A stretch of DNA of 64,000 nucleotides from the NCBI RefSeq assembly GCF_006345805.1, contig NC_043019.1:18351360-18415359 (forward strand), given 5' to 3'. Shown piece after piece: positions 1 to 14,500 of the stretch. The notes beneath the pieces are model-generated. The model saw only the letters and a list, made by a program, of their open reading frames with translations, was not told the DNA's origin and ran no database searches. Each line of letters begins with the position of its first letter. Positions within the stretch are counted from its first letter, which is position 1. Made by a program: the position numbers and the translations under genes. Origin of the DNA: Octopus sinensis. Its lineage: Eukaryota.

Positions 1-145
1 TAGTTATAAGGGCTTTTCTTAATTCTGTGTCTGTATTAGCCATGATTTCCTGGTCTCAAGTTCATGTCCTTATCGAGGTGGTCTTATCAGAAGTTATAGC
101 CATTGTTTAAGTTAAATGATGCGTAACAAAGACCTTGATTCATTA

Positions 146-218
146 TACTACTACTACTACTACTACTACTAGATAATAATAATAATAATAATAATAATGA
201 TGATAATGATAATAATAA
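146..218. repeat. (CTA)n/(ATA)n microsatellite, probably the tail of an adjacent minus-strand SINE remnant (219-356)
   Basis: tactactacta...ataataataat run, followed by ctggtacttatttcatcgacccc-aaaggatgaaaggcaaag, a SINE-like sequence in reverse orientation. Confidence 0.65.
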
Positions 219-732
219 CTGGTACTTATTTCATCGACCCCAAAAGGATGAAAGGCAAAGCCAACACTGGTGGAATTTGAACTGACAACATAAACATGGA
301 CGAAATACCACTAAGCATTTTGTCCAGGCAGCTAACAATTCTGCCAGCTGACCGCCTGATGATAATAAATATAATAATAATAATAACAACAATGATGATG
401 GTTTCAACTTTTGCCATTAAGGCAGCAATTTTAGGAGTCGATTAGATTGACCCATATTTATGTTCTCTAGCACACACAGATATTGGTAATGACACTGGAC
501 GCAGAAAAGTTTGGTAAAATTTACCTTCCCAATGAGAACACAAGTGTTTCCATGTTTTAAAGAATTCTCTTCTTACAAAAGACGTTTTTTTTTTCTGGCA
601 CAAGTTTAGTCTCTCCAAGTAAATATTTCATCTACCAAAGCCTTCACTACTCTCCAAATAACTCTTTAAATATGTTTAGTCATAAAAGTGTTCGGATTGA
701 TCTGTGGTTTGAATTTCTCATTCATTTTTCAG

Positions 733-798
733 ATTCTTGAATCTGGTGATGTAGCTGATGCAGTCCTGTTTGCACTTCAGGTACCCAAACACTGTGAG
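733..798 (+). CDS. DHRS11: DHRS11-like SDR, duplicate copy A, penultimate coding exon (ILESGDVADAVLFALQVPKHCE)
   Basis: ttttcag acceptor and gtgggt donor; identical to 55650-55715. Confidence 0.85.
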
Positions 799-1898
799 GT
801 GGGTGTCCTTTGATCTCTTTTAATAACCCCTACTTTGTTGAGATTGCAACAAAGATATATTTGTTGTGGGTTGAGGGGAGGAGCAGAGTGTTGCAATGAA
901 CGAGAGGGAAAATGTTTACAGCAAGTGAAGCAGTTGCACAGTTTGTGTGAGATGTGCAATGGCAGCAGTTGTTGAATTGTGTAACTGGAGTGGAATAAGT
1001 TCATGCAGCCATTGGTCTTGGTTGGGCTGTGATGGCTGTCACCATCTTGGTCCCTAGCTGATGCTCGCTGGCTTCAGCCGTATCACGACGACTCTCAATT
1101 TAGCAGATAAACAAACTATAGCTAATGTCTGTCTGTCAAAGAAAATGAACAAAAGGCAACATTGTTAATGACAATCTGTTTCTTCTTCAAGAATTTGAGT
1201 GGTCATTTGTTTGCTGACATGACCATGTTTGTGTTATTTTTGATCTGAACAGTAATTCAGGTTCAATTCCAATTCCTAGGCAGTGAGTTGGTGCCTATGC
1301 ACTTTACCAAATATTCTTGCTCTTAGATTATTGAGTAATCTGATAATACAAATTCTATATCATCTACTTCATATAGCGCCTAGATGTTGGGAAAGTACCA
1401 TCTACAATAAACTGAGGCTGACCAATGCTTTCCTCATCATTATCATTTAATGTCCATGTTCGATGCTGGCAAGTGTTGGCTGCTTTGGCTGGACCAGATG
1501 AGTTGGAGGACTGCATCATTCTCAATTGTCTACTTTGGAATGGTTTCTACAGCTGGATGCCCTTCCTAACACCAATCAATTTACAATGTTCTGACTGCTT
1601 TTTTCTGCTGGGCACTGTAAAATGTGCAAGACTAAAAAGACCCTGCAACTGTGTAAGAATATAATAGAAAGAGATGTGTCTTTATGCTAGGTGTTGAGAA
1701 GTTAAAAGTATAAACCTCTTGGCATTTAGTATAAAGAAACTTCACTTTCCAACCATAGAAAAATCTGCCTCAACAAATTCCTTCTGACTCATAGAAAAGT
1801 GGACATTAAATGCTGATGCTTCTGTCTCATTCCTCTGACAACCCTTCCAATTTGGTCTCTATTAGAAAAGATAAATACCAAATTTTGTTTTCTTTCAG

Positions 1899-1940
1899 AT
1901 TAATGAAATTATGATGAGACCAACTAAGCAGGGCTACTGA
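1899..1940 (+). CDS. DHRS11: DHRS11-like SDR, duplicate copy A, last coding exon (INEIMMRPTKQGY*)
   Basis: tttctttcag acceptor and TGA stop; identical to 56801-56842. Confidence 0.85.
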   Translation: MNEIMMRPTKQGY

Positions 1941-2597
1941 AAAACTGACAAAGCAAAACGAACAGATCGTCCATTTTCCACTTGACAAGGACACAAGAGA
2001 GCATTTGATCACATATGGACCTTGATCTCTGCTTCAGAGCAACCATTTTTTTAAAGACACTACTCCAGTATGACTACAATGAGTGAAACAAGTAAAAATT
2101 AAAGACATCTTGCCTCGTATCATTAATGTCTTATGAAATTCTATTCCTTCTTCTTCTCTCTCTCTTTTACTCTCACTTTCTTTTCTCTCCCCTAAAAGAA
2201 AATTCTAGATGTCTCTAAAATAGTTGAACTTGTAAAAAAGGTAGCAGGGAGCATTTTGTATTATTCATTCATTCATTTATGTCTCCCCATAGAAGACAGG
2301 GAATCTATTTCTACACACTGGAGCTCCTTACAGTGGAAGACCTGGTGAGATGCATATACTAGAAGTCCTTATTTATTGATGCTGGTGAGGCATCCACTAC
2401 CAGGGAGTATAAAAAGACTCCATAAGATCAAAAGACTTAGCACCCTTCAAAGCTGACCTCCTAGACATAGTAGCCAAGGTCCTCTAGACCTTTTCAAATT
2501 AGATTGTAAAAAATTGACATTGGAACTTTTAGGAATTCATAAAACTGACATATAATGGTAGAGGCATGGCTGAGTTGTTAAGAAACTTGCTTTACAA

Positions 2598-5500
2598 TAG
2601 TGAATTGTGTAGAATACTGCTGATTCACTGTGCCTCTCATAAAGCAATCTAGGTGGTTTCTAGCTATTACCAGAGATAATACTGAAAGGAACATATCTAG
2701 TGATTTGTGTAGAACCTGCTGATTCACTGTGCCTCTCATAAATGCAATCTAGTGTTTCTAGCTGTTACCAGAGATAATACTGAAAGGAACATATCTAGTG
2801 AATTTGTGTAGAATACTGCTGATTCACTGTGCCTCTCATAAATGCAATCTAGGTGTTTCTAGCTATTACCAGAGATAATACTGAAAGGAACATTCTAGTG
2901 AATTTGTGTAGAATACTGCTGATTCACTGTGCCTCTCATAAATGCAATCTAGGTGTTTCTAGCTGTTACCAGAGATATACTGAAAGGAACATATCTAGTG
3001 AATTTGTGTAGAATACTGCTGATTCACTGTGCCTCTCATAAATGCAATCTAGGTGTTTCTAGCTGTTACCAAGATAATACTGAAAGGAACATATCTAGTG
3101 AATTTGTGTAGAATACTGCTGATTCACTGTGCCTCTCATAAATGCAATCTAGGTGTTTCTAGCTGTTACCAGAGATAATACTGAAAGGAACATATCTAGT
3201 GAATTTGTGTAGAATACTGCTGATTCACTGTGCCTCTCATAATGCAATCTATGTTTCTAGCTGTTACCAGAGATAATACTGAAAGGAACATATCTAGTGA
3301 ATTTGTGTAGAATACTGCTGATTCACTGTGCCTCTCATAAATGCAATCTAGGTGTTTCTAGCTGTACCAGATAAATACTGAAAGGAACATATCTAGTGAA
3401 TTTGTGTAGAATACTGCTGATTCACTGTGCCTCTCATAAATGCAATCTAGGTGTTTCTAGCTATTACGAGATAATACTGAAAGGAACATATCTAGTGAAT
3501 TTGTGTAGAATACTGCTGATTCACTGTGCCTCTCATAAATGCAATCTAGGTGTTTCTAGCTGTTACCAGAGATAATACTGAAAGGAACATATCTAGTGAA
3601 TTTGTGTAGAATACTGCTGATTCACTGTGCCTCTCATAAATGCAATCTAGGTGTTTCTAGCTATTACCAGAGATAATACTGAAAGGAACATATCTAGTGA
3701 ATTTGTGTAGAATACTGCTGATTCACTGTGCCTCTCATAAATGCAATCTAGGTGTTTCTAGCTGTTACCAGAGATAATACTGAAAGGAACATATCTAGTG
3801 AATTTGTGTAGAATACTGCTGATTCACTGTGCCTCTCATAAATGCAATCTAGGTGTTTCTAGCTGTTACCAGAGATAATACTGAAAGGAAATATCTAGTG
3901 AATTTGTGTAGAATACTGCTGATTCACTGTGCCTCTCATAAATGCAATCTAGGTGTTTCTAGCTATTACCAGAGATAATACTGAAAGGAACATCTAGTGA
4001 ATTTGTGTAGAATACTGCTGATTCACTGTGCCTCTCATAAATGCAATCTAGGTGTTTCTAGCTATTACCAGAGATAATACTGAAAGGAACATATCTAGTG
4101 AATTTGTGTAGAATACTGCTGATTCACTGTGCCTCTCATAAATGCAATCTAGGTGTTTTTAGCTATTACCAGAGATAATACTGAAAGGAACATATCTAGT
4201 GAATTTGTGTAGAATACTGCTGATTCACTGTGCCTCTCATAAATGCAATCTAGGTGTTTCTAGCTATTACCAGAGATAATACTGAAAGGAACATATCTAG
4301 TGAATTTGTGTAGAATACTGCTGATTCACTGTGCCTCTCATAAATGCAATCTAGGTGTTTCTAGCTGTTACCAGAGATAATACTGAAAGGAACATATCTA
4401 GTGAATTTGTGTAGAATACTGCTGATTCACTGTGCCTCTCATAAATGCAATCTAGGTGTTTCTAGCTGTTACCAGAGATAATACTGAAAGGAACATATCT
4501 AGTGAATTTGTGTAGAATACTGCTGATTCACTGTGCCTCTCATAAATGCAATCTAGGTGTTTCTAGCTATTACCAGAGATAATACTGAAAGGAACATATC
4601 TAGTGAATTTGTGTAGAATACTGCTGATTCACTGTGCCTCTCATAAATGCAATCTAGGTGTTTCTAGCTGTTACCAGAGATAATACTGAAAGGAACATAT
4701 CTAGTGAATTTGTGTAGAATACTGCTGATTCACTGTGCCTCTCATAAATGCAATCTAGGTGTTTCTAGCTGTTACCAGAGATAATACTGAAAGGAACATA
4801 TCTAGTGAATTTGTGTAGAATACTGCTGATTCACTGTGCCTCTCATAAATGCAATCTAGGTGTTTCTAGCTGTTACCAGAGATAATACTGAAAGGAACAT
4901 ATCTAGTGAATTTGTGTAGAATACTGCTGATTCACTGTGCCTCTCATAAATGCAATCTAGGTGTTTCTAGCTGTTACCAGATAATACTGAAAGGAACATA
5001 TCTAGTGAATTTGTGTAGAATACTGCTGATTCTGTGCCTCTCATAAATGCAATCTAGTGTTTTCTCTAGCGTTACCAGAGATAATACTGAAAGGAACATA
5101 TCTAGTGAATTTGTGTAGAATACTGCTGATTCACTGTGCCTCTCATAAATGCAATCTAGGTGTTTCTAGCTGTTACCAGAGATAATACTGAAAGGAACAT
5201 ATCTAGTGAATTTGTGTAGAATACTGCTGATTCACTGTGCCTCTCATAAATGCAATCTAGGTGTTTCTAGCTGTTACCAGAGATAATACTGAAAGGAACA
5301 TATCTAGTGAATTTGTGTAGAATACTGCTGATTCACTGTGCCTCTCATAAATGCAATCTAGGTGTTTCTAGCTATTACCAGAGATAATACTGAAAGGAAC
5401 ATATCTAGTGAATTTGTGTAGAATACTGCTGATTCACTGTGCCTCTCATAAATGCAATCTAGGTGTTTCTAGCTGTTACCAGAGATAATACTGAAAGGAA

Positions 5501-8500
5501 CATATCTAGTGAATTTGTGTAGAATACTGCTGATTCACTGTGCCTCTCATAAATGCAATCTAGGTGTTTCTAGCTGTTACCAGAGATAATACTGAAAGGA
5601 ACATATCTAGTGAATTTGTGTAGAATACTGCTGATTCACTGTGCCTCTCATAAATGCAATCTAGGTGTTTCTAGCTGTTACCAGAGATAATACTGAAAGG
5701 AACATATCTAGTGAATTTGTGTAGAATACTGCTGATTCACTGTGCCTCTCATAAATGCAATCTAGGTGTTTCTAGCTATTACCAGAGATAATACTGAAAG
5801 GAACATATCTAGTGAATTTGTGTAGAATACTGCTGATTCACTGTGCCTCTCATAAATGCAATCTAGGTGTTTCTAGCTGTTACCAGAGATAATACTGAAA
5901 GGAACATATCTAGTGAATTTGTGTAGAATACTGCTGATTCACTGTGCCTCTCATAAATGCAATCTAGGTGTTTCTAGCTGTTACCAGAGATAATACTGAA
6001 AGGAACATATCTAGTGAATTTGTGTAGAATACTGCTGATTCACTGTGCCTCTCATAAATGCAATCTAGGTGTTTCTAGCTGTTACCAGAGATAATACTGA
6101 AAGGAACATATCTAGTGAATTTGTGTAGAATACTGCTGATTCACTGTGCCTCTCATAAATGCAATCTAGGTGTTTCTAGCTATTACCAGAGATAATACTG
6201 AAAGGAACATATCTAGTGAATTTGTGTAGAATACTGCTGATTCACTGTGCCTCTCATAAATGCAATCTAGGTGTTTCTAGCTGTTACCAGAGATAATACT
6301 GAAAGGAACATATCTAGTGAATTTGTGTAGAATACTGCTGATTCACTGTGCCTCTCATAAATGCAATCTAGGTGTTTCTAGCTATTACCAGAGATAATAC
6401 TGAAAGGAACATATCTAGTGAATTTGTGTAGAATACTGCTGATTCACTGTGCCTCTCATAAATGCAATCTAGGTGTTTCTAGCTGTTACCAGAGATAATA
6501 CTGAAAGGAACATATCTAGTGAATTTGTGTAGAATACTGCTGATTCACTGTGCCTCTCATAAATGCAATCTAGGTGTTTCTAGCTGTTACCAGAGATAAT
6601 ACTGAAAGGAACATATCTAGTGAATTTGTGTAGAATACTGCTGATTCACTGTGCCTCTCATAAATGCAATCTAGGTGTTTCTAGCTGTTACCAGAGATAA
6701 TACTGAAAGGAACATATCTAGTGAATTTGTGTAGAATACTGCTGATTCACTGTGCCTCTCATAAATGCAATCTAGGTGTTTCTAGCTGTTACCAGAGATA
6801 ATACTGAAAGGAACATATCTAGTGAATTTGTGTAGAATACTGCTGATTCACTGTGCCTCTCATAAATGCAATCTAGTGTTTTCTATGAATTTGTGTAGAA
6901 TACTGCTGATTCACTGTGCTCTCATAAATGCATCTAGGGTTTCTAGCATTAACAGAGATAATACTGAAAGGACATAGCTAGTGAATTGTGTAGATACGGC
7001 TGATTCACTGTGCCTCTCATAAATGCAATATTAGGGTGTTTCTAGCTGTTACCAGAAGACTATTACGGAACGGAACATATCTAGGGGATTTGTGTAGATA
7101 CTGCGCTGATTCACGGTGCCTCTCATAAAGGCAATTTAGGGGTTTTCTAGTGTTACCAGAGATAATACTGAAAGAACATATCTAGTGAATTTGGTGTAGA
7201 ATACTGCTGATTCACGGTGCCTCTCATAATGCAATCTAGGTGTTTCTAGCTATTACCAGAGATAATACTGAAAGGAAACATATCTAGTGAATTTGTGTAG
7301 AAACTGCTGATTCACTGTGCCTCTCATAAATGCAATCTAGGGTTTCTAGCTATACCAGAGATAATACTGAAAGGAAAACATATCTAGTGAATTGTGTTTG
7401 TGTAGAAATACTGCTGATTCACTGTGCCTCTCATAAATGCAATCTAGGTGTTTCTAGCATTACCAGAGATAATACTGAAAGAACATATCTAGTGAATTTG
7501 TTGTAGAATGAGATACTGCTGATTCACTGTGCCTCTAATAAATGCAATCTAGGTGTTTCTAGCTGTTACCCAGAATAATACTGAAAGGAAATATCTAGTG
7601 AAATTTGTGTAGAATACTGCTGATTCACTGTGCCTCTCATAAATGCAATCTAGGTGTTCTAGCTATTACAGAGATAATACTGAAAGGAACATATCTAGTG
7701 AATTTGTGTAGAATACTGCGGACTGATCACTGTGCCTCTCATAAATGCAATCTAGGTGTTCTAGCTGTTACCAGAGATATAATACTGAAAGGAACATATC
7801 TAGTGAATTTGTGTAGAATACTGCTGATTCACTGTGCCTCTCATAAATGCAATCTAGGTGTTTCTAGCTATAACCAGAGGTAATACTGAAAGAACATATC
7901 TAGTGATTTTTGTAGAATACTGCTGATTCACTGTGGCCTCTCATAAATGCAATCTAGGTGTTTCTAGCTGTTACCAGAGATAATACTGAAAAGAAAATAT
8001 CTAGTGAATTTGTGTAGAATACTGCTGATCACTGTGCCTCTCATAAATGCAATCTAGGTTGTTTCTAGCTGTACCAGAGATAATACTGAAAGGAACATAT
8101 CTAGTGAATTTTGTGTAGAATACTGCTGATTCACTGTGCCTCTCATAAATGCAATCTAGGGTTTCTAGCTATTGACAAGAGATAATACTTAAGGAACATA
8201 TCTAGTGAATTTGTGTAGAATACTGCTGATTCACTGTGCCTCTCATAAATGCAATCTAGGTGTTTCTAGCTGTTACCAGGAAGATAATACTGAAAGGAAA
8301 CATATCTAGTGAATTTGTGTGTAGAATACTGCTGATTCTGTGCCTCTCATAAATGCAATCTAGGTGTTTCTAGCTATTACCAGAGATAATACTGAAAGGA
8401 CATATCTAGTGAATTTGTGTAGAATACTGCTGATTCACTGTGCCTCTCATAAATGCAATCTAGGTGTTTCTAGCTGTTACCAGAGATAATACTGAAAGGA

Positions 8501-11500
8501 ACATATCTAGTGAATTTGTGTAGAAGAATACTGCTGATTCACTGTGCCTCTCATAAATGCAATCTAGGGTTTCTAGCTGTTACCAGAGATAATACTGAAG
8601 AGAAATATATAGTGAATTTGTGTAGGGGTATAATCCTGCGATTCACTGTGCCTCTCATAAAATGCAATCTAGTTGTTTTCTATCCGTTACCAGAGATAAT
8701 AGTGAAGATAAGGAACATATCTAGTGAAGTGTGTAGAATACTGCTGATTCACTGTGCCTCTCAAAGGCAATCTAGGTGTTTCTAGCTATTGACCAGAGAT
8801 ATACTGAAAGGAACTGAAACATGTCAGTGAATTTGTGTAGAATACTGCTATTTCACTGTGCTCTATAAATGCTTTCTAGGAGGTTTTAGCTAGAACCAGA
8901 GATAATACTGAAAGGAACATATCTAGTGATTGTGTGTAGGAATACTGCTGATTCACTGTGCCTCTCAGAAATGCAATCTAGGTGTTTTAGCTATTACCAG
9001 AGATAAATATGACGAAAGAACATATCTAGTGAATTGTGTAGAATAGCTGATTCACTGTGCCTCTCATAAATGCAATCTAGTGTTTCTAGCTGTTACCAGC
9101 AATAATACTGAAAGGAAAATATCTAGTGAATTTGTGTAGAATACTGCTGATTCACTGTCCTCTCATAAATGCAATCTAGTTGTTTCTAGCTATTACCAGA
9201 GATAATACTGAAGGAACATATCTAGTGAATTTGTGTTAGAATACTGCTGATTCACTGTGCCTCTCATAAATGCAATCTAGGTGTTTTAGCTATTACCAGA
9301 GATAATACTGAAAGGAACATATCTAGTGAATTTGTGTAGAATACGCTGATTCACTGTGCCTCTCATAAAATGAAATGTATCTAGGTGTTCTAGCTATTAC
9401 CAGAGATAATAATACTGAAAGGAACATATCTAGTGAATTTGTGTAGGAACTGCTGATTTCACTGTGCCTCTCATAAATGCATTTCTAGGTGTTTCTAGCT
9501 ATTACCAGAGTAATACTTGAAAGGAACATATCTAGTGAATTTGTGTAGAATACTGCTGATTCACTGTGCCTCTCATAAATGCAATCTAATGTTTCTAGCT
9601 GTTACCAGAGATAATACTGAAAGGAACATATCTAGTGAATTTGTGTAGAATACTGCTGATTCACTGTGCCTCTCAGAAATGCAATCTAGGTGTTTCTTGC
9701 TGTTACCAGAGATAATACTGAAAGGAACAATATAGTGAATTGTGTTAGAATACTGCTGATTCACTGTGCCTCTCATAAATGCAATCTAGGTGTTTTCTAG
9801 CTATTACCAGAGATAATACTGAAAGGAACATATCTAGTGAATTTGTGTAGAATACTGCTGATTCACTGTGCCTCTCATAAATGCAATCTAGGTGTGTTTC
9901 TAGCTATTACCAGAGATAATACTGAAAGGAACATATCTAGTGAATTTGTGTAGAATACTGCTGATTCAATGTGCCTCTCATAAATGCAATCTAGGTGTTT
10001 CTAGCTGTTACCAGAGATAATACTGAAAGGAACATATCTAGTGAATTTGTGTAGAATACTGCTGATTCACTGTGCCTCTCATAAATGCAATCTAGGTGTT
10101 TCTAGCATTACCAGAGATAATACTGAAAGGAACATATCTAGTGAATTTGTGTAGGTTAGAATACTGCTGATTCACTGTGCCTCTCATAAATGCAATCTAG
10201 GGTTTCTAGCTATTACCAGAGATAATACTGAAAGGAACATATCTAGTGAATTGTGTGTAGAATACTGCTGATTCACTGTGCCTCTCATAAATGCAATCTA
10301 GGTGTTTCTAGCTTTACCAGAGATAATACTGAAAGGAACATATCTAGTGAATTTGTGTAGAATACTGCTGATTCACTGTGCTCTCATAAATGCAATCTAA
10401 ATGTTTCTAGCTATTACCAGAGATAATACTGAAAGGAACATATCTAGTGAATTTGTGTAGAATACTGCTGATTCACGCTTGCCTCTCATAAATGCAATCT
10501 AGGTGTTTCTAGCTGTTACCAGAGATATACTGAAAGGAACAAATCTATTGTGTAGAATTTGTGTAGAATACTGCTGATTCACTGTGCCTCTCATAAATGC
10601 AATCTAGGTGTTTTCTAGCTGTTACCAGAGATAATACTGAAAGGAACATATCTAGTGAATTGTGTAGAATACTGCTGATTCACTGTGCCTCTCATAAATG
10701 CAATCTAGGTGTTTCTAGCTGTTACCAGAGATAATACTGAAAGGAACATATCTAGTGAATTTGTGTAGAATACTGCTGATTCACTGTGCCTCTCATAAAT
10801 GCAATCTAGGTGTTTCTAGCTATACCAGAGATAATACTGAAAGGAGATATCTAGTGAATTTGTGTAGAATACTGCTGATTCACTGTGCCTCTCATAAATG
10901 CAATCTAGGTGTTTTTTCTAGCTTACCAGAGATAATACTGAAAGGAACATATCTAGTGAATTTGTGTAGAATACTGCTGATTCACTGTGCCTCTCATAAA
11001 TGCAATCTAGGTGTTTCTAGCTGTTACCAGAAATAATACTGAAAGGAACATATCTAGTGAATTGTGTAGAATACTGCTGATTCACTGTGCCTCTCATAAA
11101 TGCAATCTAGGTGTTTTTCTAGCTATTACCAGAGATAATTTACTGAAAGGAACATATCTAGTGAATTGTGTAGAATACTGCTGATTCACTGTGCCTCTCA
11201 TAAATGCAATCTAGGTGTTTCTAGCTATTACCAGAGATAATACTGAAAGGAACATATCTAGTGAATTTGTGTAGAATACTGCTGATTCACTGTGCCTCTC
11301 ATAAATGCAATCTAGGTGTTTCTAGCTGTTACCAGAGATAATACTGAAAGGAACATATCTAGTGAATTTGTGTAGAATACTGCTGATTCACTGTGCCTCT
11401 CATAAATGCAATCTAGGTGTTTCTAGCTATTACCAGAGATAATACTGAAAGGAAATATCTAGTGAATTTGGTTAGAATACTGCTGATTCACTGTGCCTCT

Positions 11501-14500
11501 CATAAATGCAATCTAGTGTTTCTAGCTGTTACCAGAGATAATACTGAAAGGAACATATCTAGTGAATTTGTGTAGAATACTGCTGATTCACTGTGCCTCT
11601 CATAAATGCAATCTAGGTGTTTCTAGCTGTTACCAGAGATAATACTGAAAGGAACATATCTAGTGAATTTGTGTAGAATACTGCTGATTCACTGTGCCTC
11701 TCATAAATGCAATCTAGGGGTTTCTAGCTATTACCAGAGATAATACTGAAAGGAACATATCTAGTGAATTTGTGTAGAATACTGCTGATTCACTGTGCCT
11801 CTCATAAATGCAATCTAGGTGTTTCTAGCTATTACCAGAGATAATACTGAAAGGAACATATCTAGTGAATTTGTGTAGAATACTGCTGATTCACTGTGCC
11901 TCTCATAAATGCAATCTAGGTTTTTCTAGCTGTTACCAGAGATAATACTGAAAGGAACATATCTAGTGAATTTGTGTAGAATACTGCTGATTCACTGTGC
12001 CTCTCATAAATGCAATCTAGGTGTTTCTAGCTATTACCAGAGATAATACTGAAAGGAACATATCTAGTGAATTTGTGTAGAATACTGCTGATTCACTGTG
12101 CCTCTCATAAATGCAATCTAGGTGTTTCTAGCTATTACCAGAGATAATACTGAAAGGAACATATCTAGTGAATTTGTGTAGAATACTGCTGATTCACTGT
12201 GCCTCTCATAAATGCAATCTAGGTGTTTCTAGCTGTTACCAGAGATAATACTGAAAGGAACATATCTAGTGAATTTGTGTGTAGAATACTGCTGATTCAC
12301 TGTGCCTCTCATAAATGCAATCTAGGTGTTTCTTTCTAGCATTACCAGAGATAATACTGAAAGGAACATATCTAGTGAATTTTTAGAATACTGCTGATTC
12401 ACTGTGCCTCTCATAAATGCAATCTAGGTGTTTCTAGCTGTTACCAGAGATAATACTGAAAGGAACATATCTAGTGAATTTGTGTAGAATACTGCTGATT
12501 CACTGTGCCTCTCATAAATGCAATCTAGGTGTTTCTAGCTGTTACCAGAGATAATACTGAAAGGAACATATCTAGTGAATGTGTGTGTAGAATACTGCTG
12601 ATTCACTGTGCCTCTCAAAATGCAATCTAGGTGTTCTAGCTATTACCAGAGATAATACTGAAAGAACATATCTAGTGAATTTGTGTAGAATACTGCTGAT
12701 TCACTGTGCCTCTCATAAATGCAATCTAGGTGTTTTAGCTATTACCAGAGATAATACTGAAAGGAACATATCTAGTGAATTGTGTATAGATACTGCTGAT
12801 TCACTGTGCCTCTCATAAATGCAATCTAGGTGTTTCTAGCTATTACCAGAGATAATACTGAAAGGAACATATCTAGTGAATTGTGTAGAATACTGCTGAT
12901 TCACTGTGCCTCTCATAAATGCAATCTAGGTGTTTCTAGCTATACCAGAGATAATACTGAAAGGAACATATCTAGTGAATTTTTGTAGAATACTGCTGAT
13001 TCACTGTGCCTCTCATAAATGCAATCTAGGTGTTTCTAGCTGTTACCAGAGATAATACTGAAAGGAACATATCTAGTGAATTTGTGTAGAATACTCTGAT
13101 TCACTGTGCCTCTCATAAATGCAATCTAGGTGTTTCTAGCTGTTACCAGAGAATACTGAAAGGAACATATCTAGTGAATTTGTGTAGAATACTGCTGATT
13201 CACTGTGCCTCTCATAAATGCAATCTAGGTGTTTCTAGCTATTACCAGAGATAATACTGAAAGGAACATATCTAGTGAATATGTGTATGTGTGTAGAATA
13301 CTGCTGATTCACTGTGCCTCTCATAAATGCAATCTAGGTGTTTCTAGCTGTTACCAGAGATAATACTGAAAGGGAACATATCTAGTGAATTGTGTAGAAT
13401 ACTGCTGATTCACTGTGCCTCTCATAAATGCAATCTAGGTGTTCTAGCTGTTACCAGAGATAATACTGAAAGGAACATATGTAGTGAATTTTGTGTAGGA
13501 TATTGCTGATTCACTGTGCCTCTCATAAATGCATTCTAGGTGTTTCTAGCTATAACCAGAGATAATACTGAAAGGAACATATCTAGTGAATTTGTGTAGA
13601 ATACTGCTGATTCACTGTGCCTCTCATAAATGCAATCTAGGTGTTTCTAGCTATTACCAGAGATAATACTGAAAGGAACATATCTAGTGAATTTGTGTAG
13701 AATACTGCTGATTCACTGTGCCTCTCATAAATGCAATCTAGGTGTTTCTAGCTGTTACCAGAGATAATACTGAAAGGAACATATCTAGTGAATTTGTGTA
13801 GAATACTGCTGATTCACTGTGCCTCTCATAAATGCAATCTAGGTGTTTCTAGCTGTTACCAGAGATAATACTGAAAGGAACATATCTATTGTGAATTGTG
13901 TGAATGTAGAATACTGCTGATTCACTGTGCCTCTCATAAATGCAATCTAGGTGTTTCTAGCTGTTACCAGAGATAATACTGAAAGGAACATATCTAGTGA
14001 ATTTGTGTAGAATACTGCTGATTCACTGTGTCCCTCATAAATGCAATCTAGGTGTTTCTAGCTATTACCAGAGATAATACTGAAAGGAACATATCTAGTG
14101 AATTGTGTAGAATACTGCTGATTCACTGTGCCTCTCATAAATGCAATCGGTGTTTCTAGCTATTACCAGAGATAATACTGAAAGGAACATATCTAGTGAA
14201 TTTGTGTAGAATACTGCTGTGATTCACTGTGCCTCTCATAAATGCAATCTAGGTGTTTCTAGCTGTTACCAGAGATAATACTGAAAGGACAAGGAACATA
14301 TCTAGTGAATTTGTGTAGAATACTGCTGATTCACTGTGCCTCTCATAAATGCAATGTAGGTGTTTCTAGCTTTTACCAGAGATAATACTGAAAGGAACAT
14401 ATCTAGTGAATTTGTGTAGAATACTGCTGATTCACTGTGCCTCTCATAAATGCAATCTAGGTGTTTCTAGCTGTTACCAGAGATAATACTGAAAGGAACA

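Larger units (their letters stand above)
1..2597 (+). repeat. Segmental duplicate copy A of the DHRS11 3' region (matches 54925-57497; continues off the window's left edge)
   Basis: Colinear with 54925-57497 apart from a few SNPs and short indels (net 24 bp). Identity stops at ...agaaacttgctttacaa (2597/57497), where the satellite begins. Confidence 0.97.
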
